A DNA stretch of 64,000 nt from Paracoccaceae bacterium (GTDB taxonomy: Bacteria; Pseudomonadota; Alphaproteobacteria; Rhodobacterales; Rhodobacteraceae), in assembly GCA_020628545.1 (NCBI GenBank), contig JAHDEX010000005.1, forward strand, positions 29,401 to 93,400, read 5' to 3'. The notes under the pieces were generated by a model. The model was not told the DNA's origin. It ran no database searches and worked only from the letters and a program-made list of their open reading frames with translations. The translations under genes and the position numbers were made by a program. The stretch's first letter is position 1. The number at the start of each line of letters is the position of its first letter. Below are positions 28,554 to 37,867 of this stretch, piece after piece.

Positions 28554-28584
28554 CGTTCCTGTTACTTAGGTGTATGTCTAAGTA
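28517..28584. promoter_or_regulatory. Two copies of the inverted repeat ACTTAG-N8-CTAAGT (putative ArsR/SmtB operator pair)
   Basis: Read directly. IR1 is at 28517..28536. IR2 (TACTTAG-N8-CTAAGTA) is at 28563..28584 and overlaps the ArsR ATG at 28574. Confidence 0.5.
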
Positions 28585-28915
28585 TGATTCCAAGCTCGAT
28601 CTCTGTTTCTCTGCCCTTGGAGACCCAACACGGCGCATGATCCTCCAACGCCTTGCGCGTGGTGAGGCGTCTGTGAGCGAACTGGCAGAACCTCACGATA
28701 TGGCGCTGCCCTCGTTCATGGAGCATCTGAAGAAACTGGAAGCGGCCAACCTCATCACGTCGAAGAAAGAAGGGCGGACCCGCATATGCGAACTGGCCCC
28801 AGATGCCTTCACGCCTGCCAAGGACTGGCTGGGTGAGCAAAGCGCCATCTGGGAAGGACGGCTCGACCGCTTTGACGACTACATCACAAATTTGATGCAA
28901 GAGAGACCCAAATGA
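28574..28915 (+). CDS. ArsR/SmtB-family transcriptional regulator
   Basis: 113 aa; FSALGDPTRRMILQRLARGEASVSELAEPHDMALPSFMEHLKKLEAANLI is the classic ArsR HTH. Confidence 0.88.
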   Translation: MSKYDSKLDLCFSALGDPTRRMILQRLARGEASVSELAEPHDMALPSFMEHLKKLEAANLITSKKEGRTRICELAPDAFTPAKDWLGEQSAIWEGRLDRFDDYITNLMQERPK

Positions 28916-29379
28916 AACTCGACCCAAAAACCGATCTGACGTTTACCCGAACCATCAATGCGCCTCGCGCCCTGCTTTGGGAATGTTGGACGACGCCAGA
29001 GCACATCAAGCATTTCTTTGTGCCCAAGCCTTATGGGATTGACGCTTGCGAGATCGACCTTCGGGTCGGCGGCAAATTCAACACAACCATGAATGTCGAA
29101 GGCAATCTCATGGAGAACGAAGGTGTTTTTCTCGAAGTGGTTGAAGGCGAGCGATTGGTGTTCACCGACACCTATAGCGAAGGATGGAAGCCTGCCGCCG
29201 ATCCCTTCATGACGGCGATCATCGCATTCGCAGACGATGGCAAAGGCGGAACGACATATACGGCAACGGCACGCCACCGCTCCCCGGAAGCCCGCCAAAG
29301 CCATGAAGATATGGGTTTCTACGACGGTTGGGGAACAGTCGCGACACAGCTCGAGGACTACGCCCAATCACTCAAGTAG
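28912..29379 (+). CDS. SRPBCC / AHSA1-domain protein
   Basis: 155 aa that overlaps the ArsR stop (ATGA). The ArsR-SRPBCC pairing is very common. The sequence has the AHSA1-like pattern (..LTFTRTINAPRALLWECWTTPEHIKHFF..). Confidence 0.75.
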   Translation: MKLDPKTDLTFTRTINAPRALLWECWTTPEHIKHFFVPKPYGIDACEIDLRVGGKFNTTMNVEGNLMENEGVFLEVVEGERLVFTDTYSEGWKPAADPFMTAIIAFADDGKGGTTYTATARHRSPEARQSHEDMGFYDGWGTVATQLEDYAQSLK

Positions 29380-29806
29380 ACCTGAGGGCGGGCATTGTGC
29401 CGAAGTCCGCGTCGCCCTCTGGACCGACCCCGCTGGTGTTGCTCCATGACGGATCACCCATCACCTGCGGCTCGTTCCCGACCGGATGGCGGATCAAATA
29501 GATGGCTGCTCTGAGACCAACCTGTGAGTTCCAATTTTTCGCTGCGCGCGCTCGCAGCATGAACATCGCCGCAACGGCATCGTTTTCTACGCCGCCGCGC
29601 AGCGAGAAGAACTGCCATCCGTAGGGGATGCATTGAGGCTCAAGGCAGCAATCTACAGGTTGCGGACCTATTTGCCGTTGATGATGAGCCGTACCGTCGA
29701 CGGAACGGTGGCCTTCGGCTTGACTCCGTGCCTTGGAACTCTTCGCAACCGACTTCCAGAACGAGATCCAAGCGGGCGAATCTATGAGCAGAAACAAACT
29801 GCTCAA
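29372..29806 (-). CDS. Hypothetical ORF, possibly a gene remnant at an island border
   Basis: 144-aa track ORF. Only the C-terminal ~90 aa look protein-like. No SD and no family recognised. It lies directly next to the integrase gene. Confidence 0.25.
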   Translation of the reverse strand: MSSLFLLIDSPAWISFWKSVAKSSKARSQAEGHRSVDGTAHHQRQIGPQPVDCCLEPQCIPYGWQFFSLRGGVENDAVAAMFMLRARAAKNWNSQVGLRAAIYLIRHPVGNEPQVMGDPSWSNTSGVGPEGDADFGTMPALRST

Positions 29807-29903
29807 ATTGCCTTCGAAACGGGCCGTTCAACGCCTCTTGTAGTATCAGCACATCAGCGCGGTGCTGATGAAAGGGCGCGGAGGGAGGATCGGAGGACAA
29901 ACC

Positions 29904-30536
29904 ATGCCAAGAGTCCAACTACCCGCCGTCACCCCGAAACGCAGAGCCTGGAACAAAGGCCGGATCATCGGACAGAAACGACCGCTGCTACCAAAACAGG
30001 TCTGGGCAATCCGCGCGCGGCTCGAACTTGCCGGCAACCTACGTGACCTTGCATTGTACAACGTCGCGATCGACAGCAATTTGCGCGGTTGCGACCTCGT
30101 CAAACTACTTGTAGCCGATTTGGTGAAAGACGGCCGCGTTCGCGAAAGGGCCTCGGTGGTTCAGAGTAAGACCAGGAGGCCGGTCCGGTTCGAGCTTTCT
30201 GACTGCACAAGAGACACGGTCATCGCATGGACAAGATCGCCCGAGATGATCGGGTGCCGGTACATGTTCCCTAGCCGGTTCCATGACCGCCAGCACATCT
30301 CGACGCGTCAATATGGTCGGATTGTTCGCGACTGGGTGTCGTCAATTGGCTTAGAGGCGAGCGGCTATCGCACACATTCACTGCGGAGGACGAAAGTCGC
30401 TGAGATTTACCGCAAGACCGGCAATCTCCGAGCTGTTCAGCTTCTGCTAGGACACACGAAGGTCGACAGCACTGTCCGGTATCTGGGCGTCGAACTCGAT
30501 GACGCTCTGAGCATAGCAGAAAGCATAGATATCTGA
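29904..30536 (+). CDS. Small tyrosine-type site-specific recombinase/integrase (catalytic core only)
   Basis: 210 aa. SD GGAGGA precedes ATG 29904. Catalytic landmarks are ..RGCDL.. (Arg), HSLRRTK (H-x-x-R) and LLGHTKVDSTVRYL (His, Tyr). It resembles the short integrases common on alphaproteobacterial plasmids and islands. Confidence 0.85.
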   Translation: MPRVQLPAVTPKRRAWNKGRIIGQKRPLLPKQVWAIRARLELAGNLRDLALYNVAIDSNLRGCDLVKLLVADLVKDGRVRERASVVQSKTRRPVRFELSDCTRDTVIAWTRSPEMIGCRYMFPSRFHDRQHISTRQYGRIVRDWVSSIGLEASGYRTHSLRRTKVAEIYRKTGNLRAVQLLLGHTKVDSTVRYLGVELDDALSIAESIDI

Positions 30537-30613
30537 GCTGCGTCGGCGTACTCGAGACGACCGATTTTCCGCCGATCACCCTGTCGCAAAAGATGCATTG
30601 TCCTGATGTTAGC

Positions 30614-30641
30614 GGGGCGGCCAAGAGCCGCCCCAATTTTT
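30614..30641 (+). terminator. Rho-independent terminator after the integrase (also lies just past the mmsA stop)
   Basis: 7-bp GC stem GGGGCGG / CCGCCCC with a 7-nt loop, then AATTTTT. Confidence 0.7.
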
Positions 30642-30649
30642 GCAGTAGT

Positions 30650-32150
30650 TTAGCCCAACGTTGGCATGGCAAACTCCGGACCGCTTCGCACACCTGTCGG
30701 CCATCGGGTCGTGATTGCCTTCATTCGCGTGTAGAAACGCACACCCTCCATGCCGTGCATGTGGTGATCGCCGAAGAGCGATTGCTTCCAGCCGCCGAAG
30801 GAGTGAAACGCCATCGGGACGGGCAGCGGAACGTTCACGCCAACCATGCCAACCTCGATCTCGTGCGAGAATGCGCGGGCCGCGTCACCGTCGCGTGTGA
30901 AAATGGCGACGCCGTTGGCGTATTCATGCGCCTGCACCAGATCAACGGCCTCGGCATAGGTATTCCGCCGAACCACCGAGAGGACCGGCCCGAAAATCTC
31001 GTCCTTCCAGACGCTCATGTCCGGCGTCACGTGATCGAGGAGCGTCGGGCCGACAAAGTACCCGTTCTCATGGCCCTGCGAAGGGACAAAGCGGCGACCG
31101 TCCAGAACAATCTTGGCACCCGCGGCCTCTCCCTGACCGATGTAGTTGACAATCCTCTTGCGAGCCGCATCGGACACAACTGGCCCCATCTCTGCCGTAC
31201 GGTCCGTCGCTGGACCAACCCGGAGCTTCTCCATCATCGGGACCAGTCGCGCGACGAGCGCATCGGCGACCGCATCGGTCACCGGGACCGCAACCGAAAT
31301 CGCCATGCACCGTTCGCCTGCCGAGCCGAAGGCTGCCCCCATCAATGCGTTCGCGGCCTGATCAAGATCGGCGTCGGGCAGGATCACCATATGGTTCTTT
31401 GCCCCCCCCAAGCGCCTGAACGCGCTTCCCGTTCGCCGTCCCCTTGGCGTGGATGTACTTCGCGATCGGATTGGAGCCGACGAAGCTGACGGCCTTCACA
31501 TCAGGATGTTCAAGGAGTGCGTCGACGGCCTCTTTGTCACCTTGGACGACGTTGAAAACGCCATCGGGAAGGCCCGCCTCAGAGAGCCATTCGGCGAGCA
31601 ACAGCGACGCAGAGGGCACCCGTTCTGACGGCTTCAGCACAAAGGTATTGCCGCAGGCAAGCGCCACCGGAAACATCCACATCGGCACCATTGCCGGGAA
31701 GTTGAACGGCGTGATCCCGGCAACGACGCCCAAGGGCTGGCGCAGGGAGTAGCTGTCAACAGCGGTGCCGACATTCTCGGAAACCTCGCCCTTCAGAAGG
31801 TGCGGTGCGCCGGTTGCGAACTCCACCACTTCGATACCGCGTGTCACTTCGCCGAGCGCGTCGTCGTGGGTCTTGCCATGTTCGGAAGAAATGACTTCCG
31901 CGAGGGTTTCGGCACGCTCCCAGAGGATCGATTTGAAGCGATCGAGGATGCGTGCGCGACGCAGTGGCGACATGCGGGCCCATTCGGGCCAGGCGGTTCT
32001 TGCCTTCAGAACCGCGGCGCTGACTTCTGCCGCGGTCGCAAGCGCCACGCTCTTCGTTTGCTGACCGGTTGCCGGATCGAAGACCGGCGCGGTGCGATCA
32101 GACCTGTGAGAAACGGCAGTGTTGCCGGTGAATTGCGGTATCTCGTTCAT
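30650..32150 (-). pseudogene. mmsA: Methylmalonate-/malonate-semialdehyde dehydrogenase (CoA-acylating), disrupted by a +1 frameshift in a G8 run
   Basis: Two track ORFs (31362..32306 and 30650..31411) together form one MmsA/IolA. The N-terminal part ends ..[15 protein letters not shown].. The C-terminal part begins ..[17 protein letters not shown].. and carries the catalytic GERCMA. The frames switch at the C8 run at 31402..31409 (G8 on the coding strand). Removing one G restores [20 protein letters not shown]. Confidence 0.85.
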
Positions 32151-32223
32151 GTTCGCATCTCCTTGTATACTCTCTGTTTCGTTCATCTGATTTCGTATAT
32201 AAATATCCAACATCGGGTAACTG

Positions 32224-32243
32224 TTATGCGAAAATAGGCATAA
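32224..32243. promoter_or_regulatory. Inverted repeat TTATGC-N8-GCATAA at the LysR start (candidate LysR-type box)
   Basis: Read directly in the 92-bp mmsA/LysR divergent region. The right arm ends at the A of the LysR ATG (32243). Confidence 0.35.
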
Positions 32244-33142
32244 TGAACTGGGACGATCTGAGATACTTCCTCGCCGTGGCACGTGAGGGCCAGATGCTTG
32301 GCGCATCGCGCCGCCTTGGCGTCAGCCAGGCCCTGCTCAGTCGCCATCTTGCGAGGCTCGAAGACGACGTGGGCGCACGCCTGTTTGATCGCAGTACACG
32401 CGGTTGCACATTGACAGACGCCGGTTCCGATCTCCTTCAGACGGCTGAAAGGATCGAAGCCGAACTGCTTTCGGGCACATCGAACCTGGACAGCGCGGGG
32501 GCGGTCAGCGGCACATTGCGGATCGGTGCGCCCGACGGATTCGGCAGCGCTTTTCTCGCCTCAAGGCTCGGCAAATTGCGGCAGCGCCATCCGGACTTGC
32601 GGCTGCAACTGGTTCCGGTCGCCCGCACGATCTCGCTGTCCGAGCGCGAGGCGGATGTCGCCATCATGATCGGCCGCCCCGCAAAAGGGCGCCTCAGGGT
32701 CCGGAAACTCACGGAGTATACGCTCGGTCTCTACGCGGCGCAGTCCTACATCGATCGTCATGGGCGCCCGCGCTCAAAGGATGAACTGCGCGCCCACCCG
32801 CTCGTTGGGTATGTCGACGATCTGATCTACAGCACCGATCTGACCTATACCCGCGATATCCTTCGTGACTGGAAAAGCAGTATCGAGATCGCCACCGCTG
32901 TTGGTCAGTTTCACGCCGTTCGCGCCGGAAGCGGCATCGGCGTGTTGCACGACTTCATGGCCCACGAAGACAAAGACCTTGTGCCGCTTCTGCCCGAAAT
33001 CTCGATCCGGCGGGAGTACTGGCTGGTCTGGCACGAGAACCTGCAAGGATCGCCGAGATTGCAGGCGTTCAATGACTGGATCGACCCCGAGGTGCGGCGC
33101 GACCGCAAGATCTTCATAAGGCAGTCTCAGCCGGGAACGTAA
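32243..33142 (+). CDS. LysR-family transcriptional regulator, divergent from mmsA
   Basis: [47 protein letters not shown]. The MmsR-like arrangement (divergent from mmsA) is well known. Confidence 0.85.
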   Translation: MNWDDLRYFLAVAREGQMLGASRRLGVSQALLSRHLARLEDDVGARLFDRSTRGCTLTDAGSDLLQTAERIEAELLSGTSNLDSAGAVSGTLRIGAPDGFGSAFLASRLGKLRQRHPDLRLQLVPVARTISLSEREADVAIMIGRPAKGRLRVRKLTEYTLGLYAAQSYIDRHGRPRSKDELRAHPLVGYVDDLIYSTDLTYTRDILRDWKSSIEIATAVGQFHAVRAGSGIGVLHDFMAHEDKDLVPLLPEISIRREYWLVWHENLQGSPRLQAFNDWIDPEVRRDRKIFIRQSQPGT

Positions 33143-34089
33143 ACGCGCTCGGTCTCGGGATCGACCGTGTCAAAGGGCAGATCCGCCAGTTCTGACCAGA
33201 GATCTTCAACGACAGCTTCGTTTGCCCAACCCAGGGTCTGGCGCACGCGCTCCGGTTTGCTGACGCCGACAACCGTGGTCCCGATCTGTGGCTGGCGCAT
33301 CGAAAACTGAAGCGCGACGGCGCCGGGGGCAACGTCGTATGCCGCACAAGCCCCTTCGATCCGTTTCACGGGCGCCAGTGCGGCGTCATCGACCTCCTGA
33401 TAGGTAATGCGCTTGACCTTTTCGCTGCCCTTGGCAAACACGCCGCCTGCATAGGGCGCGGCGTTGAAGACGGTCATGCCTTTCTCAACGGCACGACTGA
33501 AAACGTCGTGCGCCGAGCGGTTGAGAAGCGTGTATCGGTTGTGGACCAGAACGACGTCGAACGGCCAGTTTTCAACAAGCGGCGCCAGAATATCTGTCCG
33601 GCCCATTGCGATGCCCGCAGCCTGAACGAGACACTCGTCTTTCAGCTTGAACAGAGTGTCGAGCGCACCCCCCTTGCGGGTAATCTCGTCGAGTTCGCGC
33701 GCATGCTCTGGGTCGTGCAAATGCAGAATCTGAAATCGGTCGATTCCTAGGGCTTGCAGGCTCTCTTCTGCGGACTGGCGCACCCGATCCCCATCGAAAC
33801 GCCCGGTCTCCATGTCACGATCGAGCTTGGTCGAGATGACAAAGCCGTCGGGGATACCGCCGCGCTCGCGAATGACCTTGCCAATCCGTTTCTCGGCGCG
33901 TCCGAACCCGTAGTTCCGTGAGGTGTCGATCAGGTTGACCGGCCCGTCAAAGATTTCGCGGATGGTGGCGTAGGCCGTGTCGTCGTCGACGCCGTAACCG
34001 TAGGTGTCGGGCATTCCGCCAAGGGCTGCTGTGCCGAAGCCGATGGGCGTTACAGAAAGGCCGGTGTTTCCAATGGGTCGCTTGTCCAT
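33127..34089 (-). CDS. Aldo/keto reductase (D-threo-aldose / L-fucose dehydrogenase-like subgroup)
   Basis: 320 aa from MDKRPIGNTGLSVTPIGFGTAALGG..NLIDTSRNYGFGRAEKRIG.. SD GGGAGGA upstream. It is the last gene of the ABC transporter operon. Confidence 0.8.
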   Translation of the reverse strand: MDKRPIGNTGLSVTPIGFGTAALGGMPDTYGYGVDDDTAYATIREIFDGPVNLIDTSRNYGFGRAEKRIGKVIRERGGIPDGFVISTKLDRDMETGRFDGDRVRQSAEESLQALGIDRFQILHLHDPEHARELDEITRKGGALDTLFKLKDECLVQAAGIAMGRTDILAPLVENWPFDVVLVHNRYTLLNRSAHDVFSRAVEKGMTVFNAAPYAGGVFAKGSEKVKRITYQEVDDAALAPVKRIEGACAAYDVAPGAVALQFSMRQPQIGTTVVGVSKPERVRQTLGWANEAVVEDLWSELADLPFDTVDPETERVYVPG

Positions 34090-34147
34090 GTCATCCTCCC
34101 GCAAAAACAGGTGCCGCCCGTTACCGGACGGCACCTCCTGGTTCCGA

Positions 34148-35203
34148 TCAGGTCCGTGTCTTGACGCCACCCGATCGGCGGCTGGCCACGGTGGTCAGGA
34201 TCGCGGCGATGATGATGACCGCACCCGTCGAGGCCTGGACGTAGAAGCTTGGCACCTGTGCCAGGGTCAGCAGGTTGTTGATCACGCCGATCAGCAGCAC
34301 GCCCGAGACGACACCGACAATCGTTCCGCGTCCGCCGCCAAGGCTGACCCCGCCGATGACTGCTGCGGCGAAGGCCGAGAAGATGATCCCCTGGCCTTGG
34401 GTTGTAACCGCCGAGTCGAGGCGACCCGTCAGAAGGATACCGGCGAGACCAGCGAGAAGACCGGCGAAGAAGAAGGCCGACCAGATCATGCGATCCACAT
34501 TGATGCCAGCAGCCCGCGCCGCGTCTTCGTTGCCGCCGATAGCATAGAGCGCCCGGCCGTAGCGGTGATACTTGAGCACCAGCCCCACAACCGTCGCCAC
34601 GATCAGGAAGACGAAGACCGCCATGGGAATCCCGGCAATCTGGGCCGAACCAAGCCATGTCAGCGACTCGCCCGGCGAGTAGATCGACCGCCCGTTCGAG
34701 ATGATCAGAATACCACCGCGCAACAGGACCAGGAGTCCGAGCGTCGAGATGAAGGGATTGAGTCCGACCTTCACAACAAGGAACCCATTGAAAAGCCCGA
34801 TCAGACCGGCGCAACCAAGCGCTACGATCAGGCCCATCCATTGCGGTAGCTCGACCCCGAAACCGCCCGCAGCCGCGGGCACAAGCATCACGGCGGCCAG
34901 CATCGGAGCAAACCCGACGACGCCTTCAAGGGAGAGATCCAGGCGTCCGATCAGCAGGACAAACGTCAGCCCGATGGTCGTCAGACCCAGCACGCTGACC
35001 TGCTCGAGGATGTTGATGATGTTGATGAAGGACAGGAAACGCGGCGCGATGAATGCGCCCACAATGATCAGGAGCAGCAGGACCGGATACATCGTCCAGC
35101 CGCCCGCCACGAAACCATGTCCGAAACGCGCCAGCGCCGATTGCCCGTCTGCAGCCATCTTCTTCCCCCCGTGCCCCTCGGGCACTCCAATTTCCATGGT
35201 CAT
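34148..35203 (-). CDS. Sugar ABC transporter permease (CUT2 / ribose-type)
   Basis: Polytopic, with RbsC-like motifs (..NILEQVSVLGLTTIG.., ..DLSLEGV..). The ATG overlaps the ATPase stop (ATGA). An alternative start is at MAADGQ. Confidence 0.85.
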   Translation of the reverse strand: MTMEIGVPEGHGGKKMAADGQSALARFGHGFVAGGWTMYPVLLLLIIVGAFIAPRFLSFINIINILEQVSVLGLTTIGLTFVLLIGRLDLSLEGVVGFAPMLAAVMLVPAAAGGFGVELPQWMGLIVALGCAGLIGLFNGFLVVKVGLNPFISTLGLLVLLRGGILIISNGRSIYSPGESLTWLGSAQIAGIPMAVFVFLIVATVVGLVLKYHRYGRALYAIGGNEDAARAAGINVDRMIWSAFFFAGLLAGLAGILLTGRLDSAVTTQGQGIIFSAFAAAVIGGVSLGGGRGTIVGVVSGVLLIGVINNLLTLAQVPSFYVQASTGAVIIIAAILTTVASRRSGGVKTRT

Positions 35204-36681
35204 GTTGCGCCCTCCATATGCAATATCAGGTCTTCCATGCGGTAGTCTCCGACCATTTCGTCGACGATCCGGTCTTCGAACACGATCACCACACGGTTTG
35301 CGAGTTGCGAGATTTCGTCCTCTTCATCCGAGACGACGATCACCCCGAGCCCCTTGCTCGCGAGATCGCGCAAGAGGGCATAAAGCTGTTCCTTGGCGCC
35401 CACGTCGACGCCGCGCGTCGGACTTAGGGCCACGATGATCTGCGGGTCGCGACAAAGCGCACGCGCAAAGACCACCTTTTGCTGATTTCCGCCGCTCAAC
35501 TGGCTGACGGCCTGATCGAGCGAAGAGGCAATGACATCTGTCTGCCGGGTCAGGCGGTTAACGAGGCTGTCCTCCTTCGCTTTCGAAATGAACCCAAAGT
35601 TGCCTGACAAGACTTCGAGACCGCCAAGCGCCACGTTTTCGCGAACGCCGAGGATGCCGACATAGCCGCTGGCATGACGATCGGTCGGGACCAAGCCGAT
35701 GGTCGGCAAAGCGCCATTCGGCCCGCTGACCTGTCCGCTAGCAGGCGCTTGTTGACCGGCCAGCACCATCGCGAGGTCTTCCTTGCCGCTTCCGACAGGG
35801 CCTGCCAGCGCAATGATCTCGCCCGGACGCACATCGATGTCGATCTTCGGTCTGTCGGGCTTCAATTGAACCTGTCGCGCCGACAGGAGCGGGGCCGCGT
35901 CGCCGAAAGTGTGATCCTCACGTGCGCTGCGGGTCGTTTTCTCGCCCATCATCAGGTTGGCGAGCGTTTCCGTATCAAGCCCCTCGACCGAGGCGCGGGA
36001 TTTCACAACCTGACCATCCCGCAGGATCGTCACGGTGTCCGCAATCTCGAAAATCTCGTCGAGATGGTGCGAGATGTAGACGAAGGACACACCGGCAGTT
36101 TTCAGCAACTTGACCTGATCGAACAACACCCGCTTCTCGGCATTGCTGAGGGCCGCCGTAGGCTCATCGAGAATGATCACCGGGACACCCCGGCTGAGCG
36201 CCTTCATGATTTCCAGAAGCTGACGCTGTCCTGCACCCAGTTCCCCGGCGAGATCGCTCGGAGCAATATCCATGTTCCAGTCGCGCATGAGCTTCTCGGT
36301 CTTCTCGATCATGCGCGTGTAGCTGACCATGCCCCAGCGATTGCGGACCAGGTCGTTCTCGAGGAAGAGGTTCTCGGCCACCGACAGCAGGTCGAACATC
36401 TGCGGCGTCTGCTGCACATGGGCGATGTCGCCCCGGATGCGCGCCGCGTAGCTGCTGCCGTCGACATTGAATTCTGTGGAGGCGATGCGGATCGTGCCTG
36501 TGTCGGCGGGCGTGTAGCCGCTCATCGCTGACACTAGGGTACTCTTCCCGGCACCGTTGCGTCCGAGGAGGGCGTGGATCTCGCCCTCCTCCAGGGTGAA
36601 GTCGACATCGCGAAGCGCACGCGTGGAGCCGAAGGTCTTGGAGATGCCGCGCATCTCTACGATGGGTCTGATCTGTTCCAT
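35200..36681 (-). CDS. Sugar ABC transporter ATP-binding protein (duplicated ABC domains, CUT2)
   Basis: 493 aa with Walker A GRNGAGKST, signature LGAGQRQ and Walker B IILDEP. The second domain has GPVGSGKE, LSGGNQQK and VVSDEE. Confidence 0.9.
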   Translation of the reverse strand: MEQIRPIVEMRGISKTFGSTRALRDVDFTLEEGEIHALLGRNGAGKSTLVSAMSGYTPADTGTIRIASTEFNVDGSSYAARIRGDIAHVQQTPQMFDLLSVAENLFLENDLVRNRWGMVSYTRMIEKTEKLMRDWNMDIAPSDLAGELGAGQRQLLEIMKALSRGVPVIILDEPTAALSNAEKRVLFDQVKLLKTAGVSFVYISHHLDEIFEIADTVTILRDGQVVKSRASVEGLDTETLANLMMGEKTTRSAREDHTFGDAAPLLSARQVQLKPDRPKIDIDVRPGEIIALAGPVGSGKEDLAMVLAGQQAPASGQVSGPNGALPTIGLVPTDRHASGYVGILGVRENVALGGLEVLSGNFGFISKAKEDSLVNRLTRQTDVIASSLDQAVSQLSGGNQQKVVFARALCRDPQIIVALSPTRGVDVGAKEQLYALLRDLASKGLGVIVVSDEEDEISQLANRVVIVFEDRIVDEMVGDYRMEDLILHMEGAT

Positions 36682-36705
36682 GGCCTTCGCCTCCCTGCGC
36701 GTTGC

Positions 36706-37725
36706 TTACATGCCGATCTTGTTGGCCCAGAGATCGTCCGAGTCGACGTTGTCAGACGTCACCAGCGTCGCATTGAGCTGGTACTGCGGACCAACAGGCG
36801 TCTCGACGACGCGACCGTCATCCTTCTGGCCGATCTCGATCGTGCCGCCGCCCATGACCAGTTCGATCAACTCGGCCGTCTTTGTCGCGTAGGCGCTCAG
36901 CGGCTGCGAGACGGTGGCATCGAGGGCGCCTTCGCGGATCAGCTGCAGGCCCTGGGGCGTGCCGTCGATTGCGATGCGGATGACGCTTTCGGGATCGCCA
37001 ACCTCGGCACCGCGACCAGCGCGCTTCAACTGCGCATTCACCGCCGTCGCCATCAGTTCGGACGCCATGAAGACGCCGTCCAGGTCAGGGTTCTGTGTCA
37101 GCACGTTCTGGGTCGCATCGGCGGCCATGTCGGCGGTCCACTCTGTCGGACGCTGGATGATGGTGACGTCCGGCGCCAGCTCAGCCAACGTGTCGGCAAA
37201 GCCGTTTGAGCGGTCGAGACCGTTCGGTGTGGTCAGCCCGCCCTGCAGCTCGAGGACCGTGCAGGATTTCGCGGCCCAGCAGGCGTCGTTCTGAAGACGG
37301 CGTGCCATCTCCTCGGCGCCCTGCGCACCGGCGTTGACGTTGTCGGCGCGTACCGTTGCGGTCACCTGGCCGCCAGCCGGGCTATCGTCGATCGAGAAGA
37401 CAAGCGCACCGGCGTCGTTGGCCCGCTTGACCGCCGGAACGATACCGGCCGCGTCGATGGGTGCGAAGACAACGACATTCGCACCGTTGGCGATGAGGTT
37501 CTGCAGCGCGTCAACCTGGGCCGCGATATCGCCGTTCGGATCAGGCGCGCCCACCAGCTCGAAGCCTTTGGCATCGAATGCAGCCTTGGAGAGATCCAAC
37601 ATCAGAGTCTGGAAGTCATCCTTCAGAAATTTCGGTGTGAAGCCGACCCGGACGTCGTCCGCGAAGGCGGCTCCTGCGGCGAGTGTGATGGCGCCTGCAA
37701 GTGCGGTGGTCGTGAAGTAGTTCAT
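36706..37725 (-). CDS. Sugar ABC transporter periplasmic substrate-binding protein
   Basis: Signal peptide MNYFTTTALAGAITLAAGAAFA/DD. It has an RbsB/LacI-type periplasmic binding fold pattern and is the first gene of the transporter operon. Confidence 0.85.
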   Translation of the reverse strand: MNYFTTTALAGAITLAAGAAFADDVRVGFTPKFLKDDFQTLMLDLSKAAFDAKGFELVGAPDPNGDIAAQVDALQNLIANGANVVVFAPIDAAGIVPAVKRANDAGALVFSIDDSPAGGQVTATVRADNVNAGAQGAEEMARRLQNDACWAAKSCTVLELQGGLTTPNGLDRSNGFADTLAELAPDVTIIQRPTEWTADMAADATQNVLTQNPDLDGVFMASELMATAVNAQLKRAGRGAEVGDPESVIRIAIDGTPQGLQLIREGALDATVSQPLSAYATKTAELIELVMGGGTIEIGQKDDGRVVETPVGPQYQLNATLVTSDNVDSDDLWANKIGM

Positions 37726-37819
37726 GGTCTTTCTCCTCCAGTGTGGTTGCCCCGGCGCTCCCGAACCAAGGCGGGTCTATCGGCCGTCGCTTTGCAAAGC
37801 TTGTTGCGACTCGACGGAA

Positions 37820-37867
37820 TTGTCAACAAAATTTGCTATATGTTATATTTTGCAATTTTCATTGTTA
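37820..37867. promoter_or_regulatory. AT-rich promoter region with two TGCAA-N6-TTGCA-like operator half-palindromes (upstream of the ABC operon)
   Basis: TGCAATTTTCATTGTT lies at 37851..37866. On the other strand AGCAAATTTTGTTGAC lies at 37821..37836. Both sit within an AT-rich island in an otherwise GC-rich sequence. Confidence 0.5.

Noticed and set aside
28140-28570. Possible riboswitch or housekeeping RNA (B12, SAM-II, glycine, SRP, 6S) in the long gap upstream of the small membrane-protein gene.
   Set aside because: I could not find any of the conserved core sequences of these RNAs by eye on either strand. The region is kept only as an open question in the findings.
30650-32306. Treating track ORFs 31362..32306 and 30650..31411 as two separate genes.
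   Set aside because: Together they are collinear with a single MmsA/IolA-type aldehyde dehydrogenase. The junction sits in a G8 homopolymer, and the downstream 'start' is only an artefact of the frame change.
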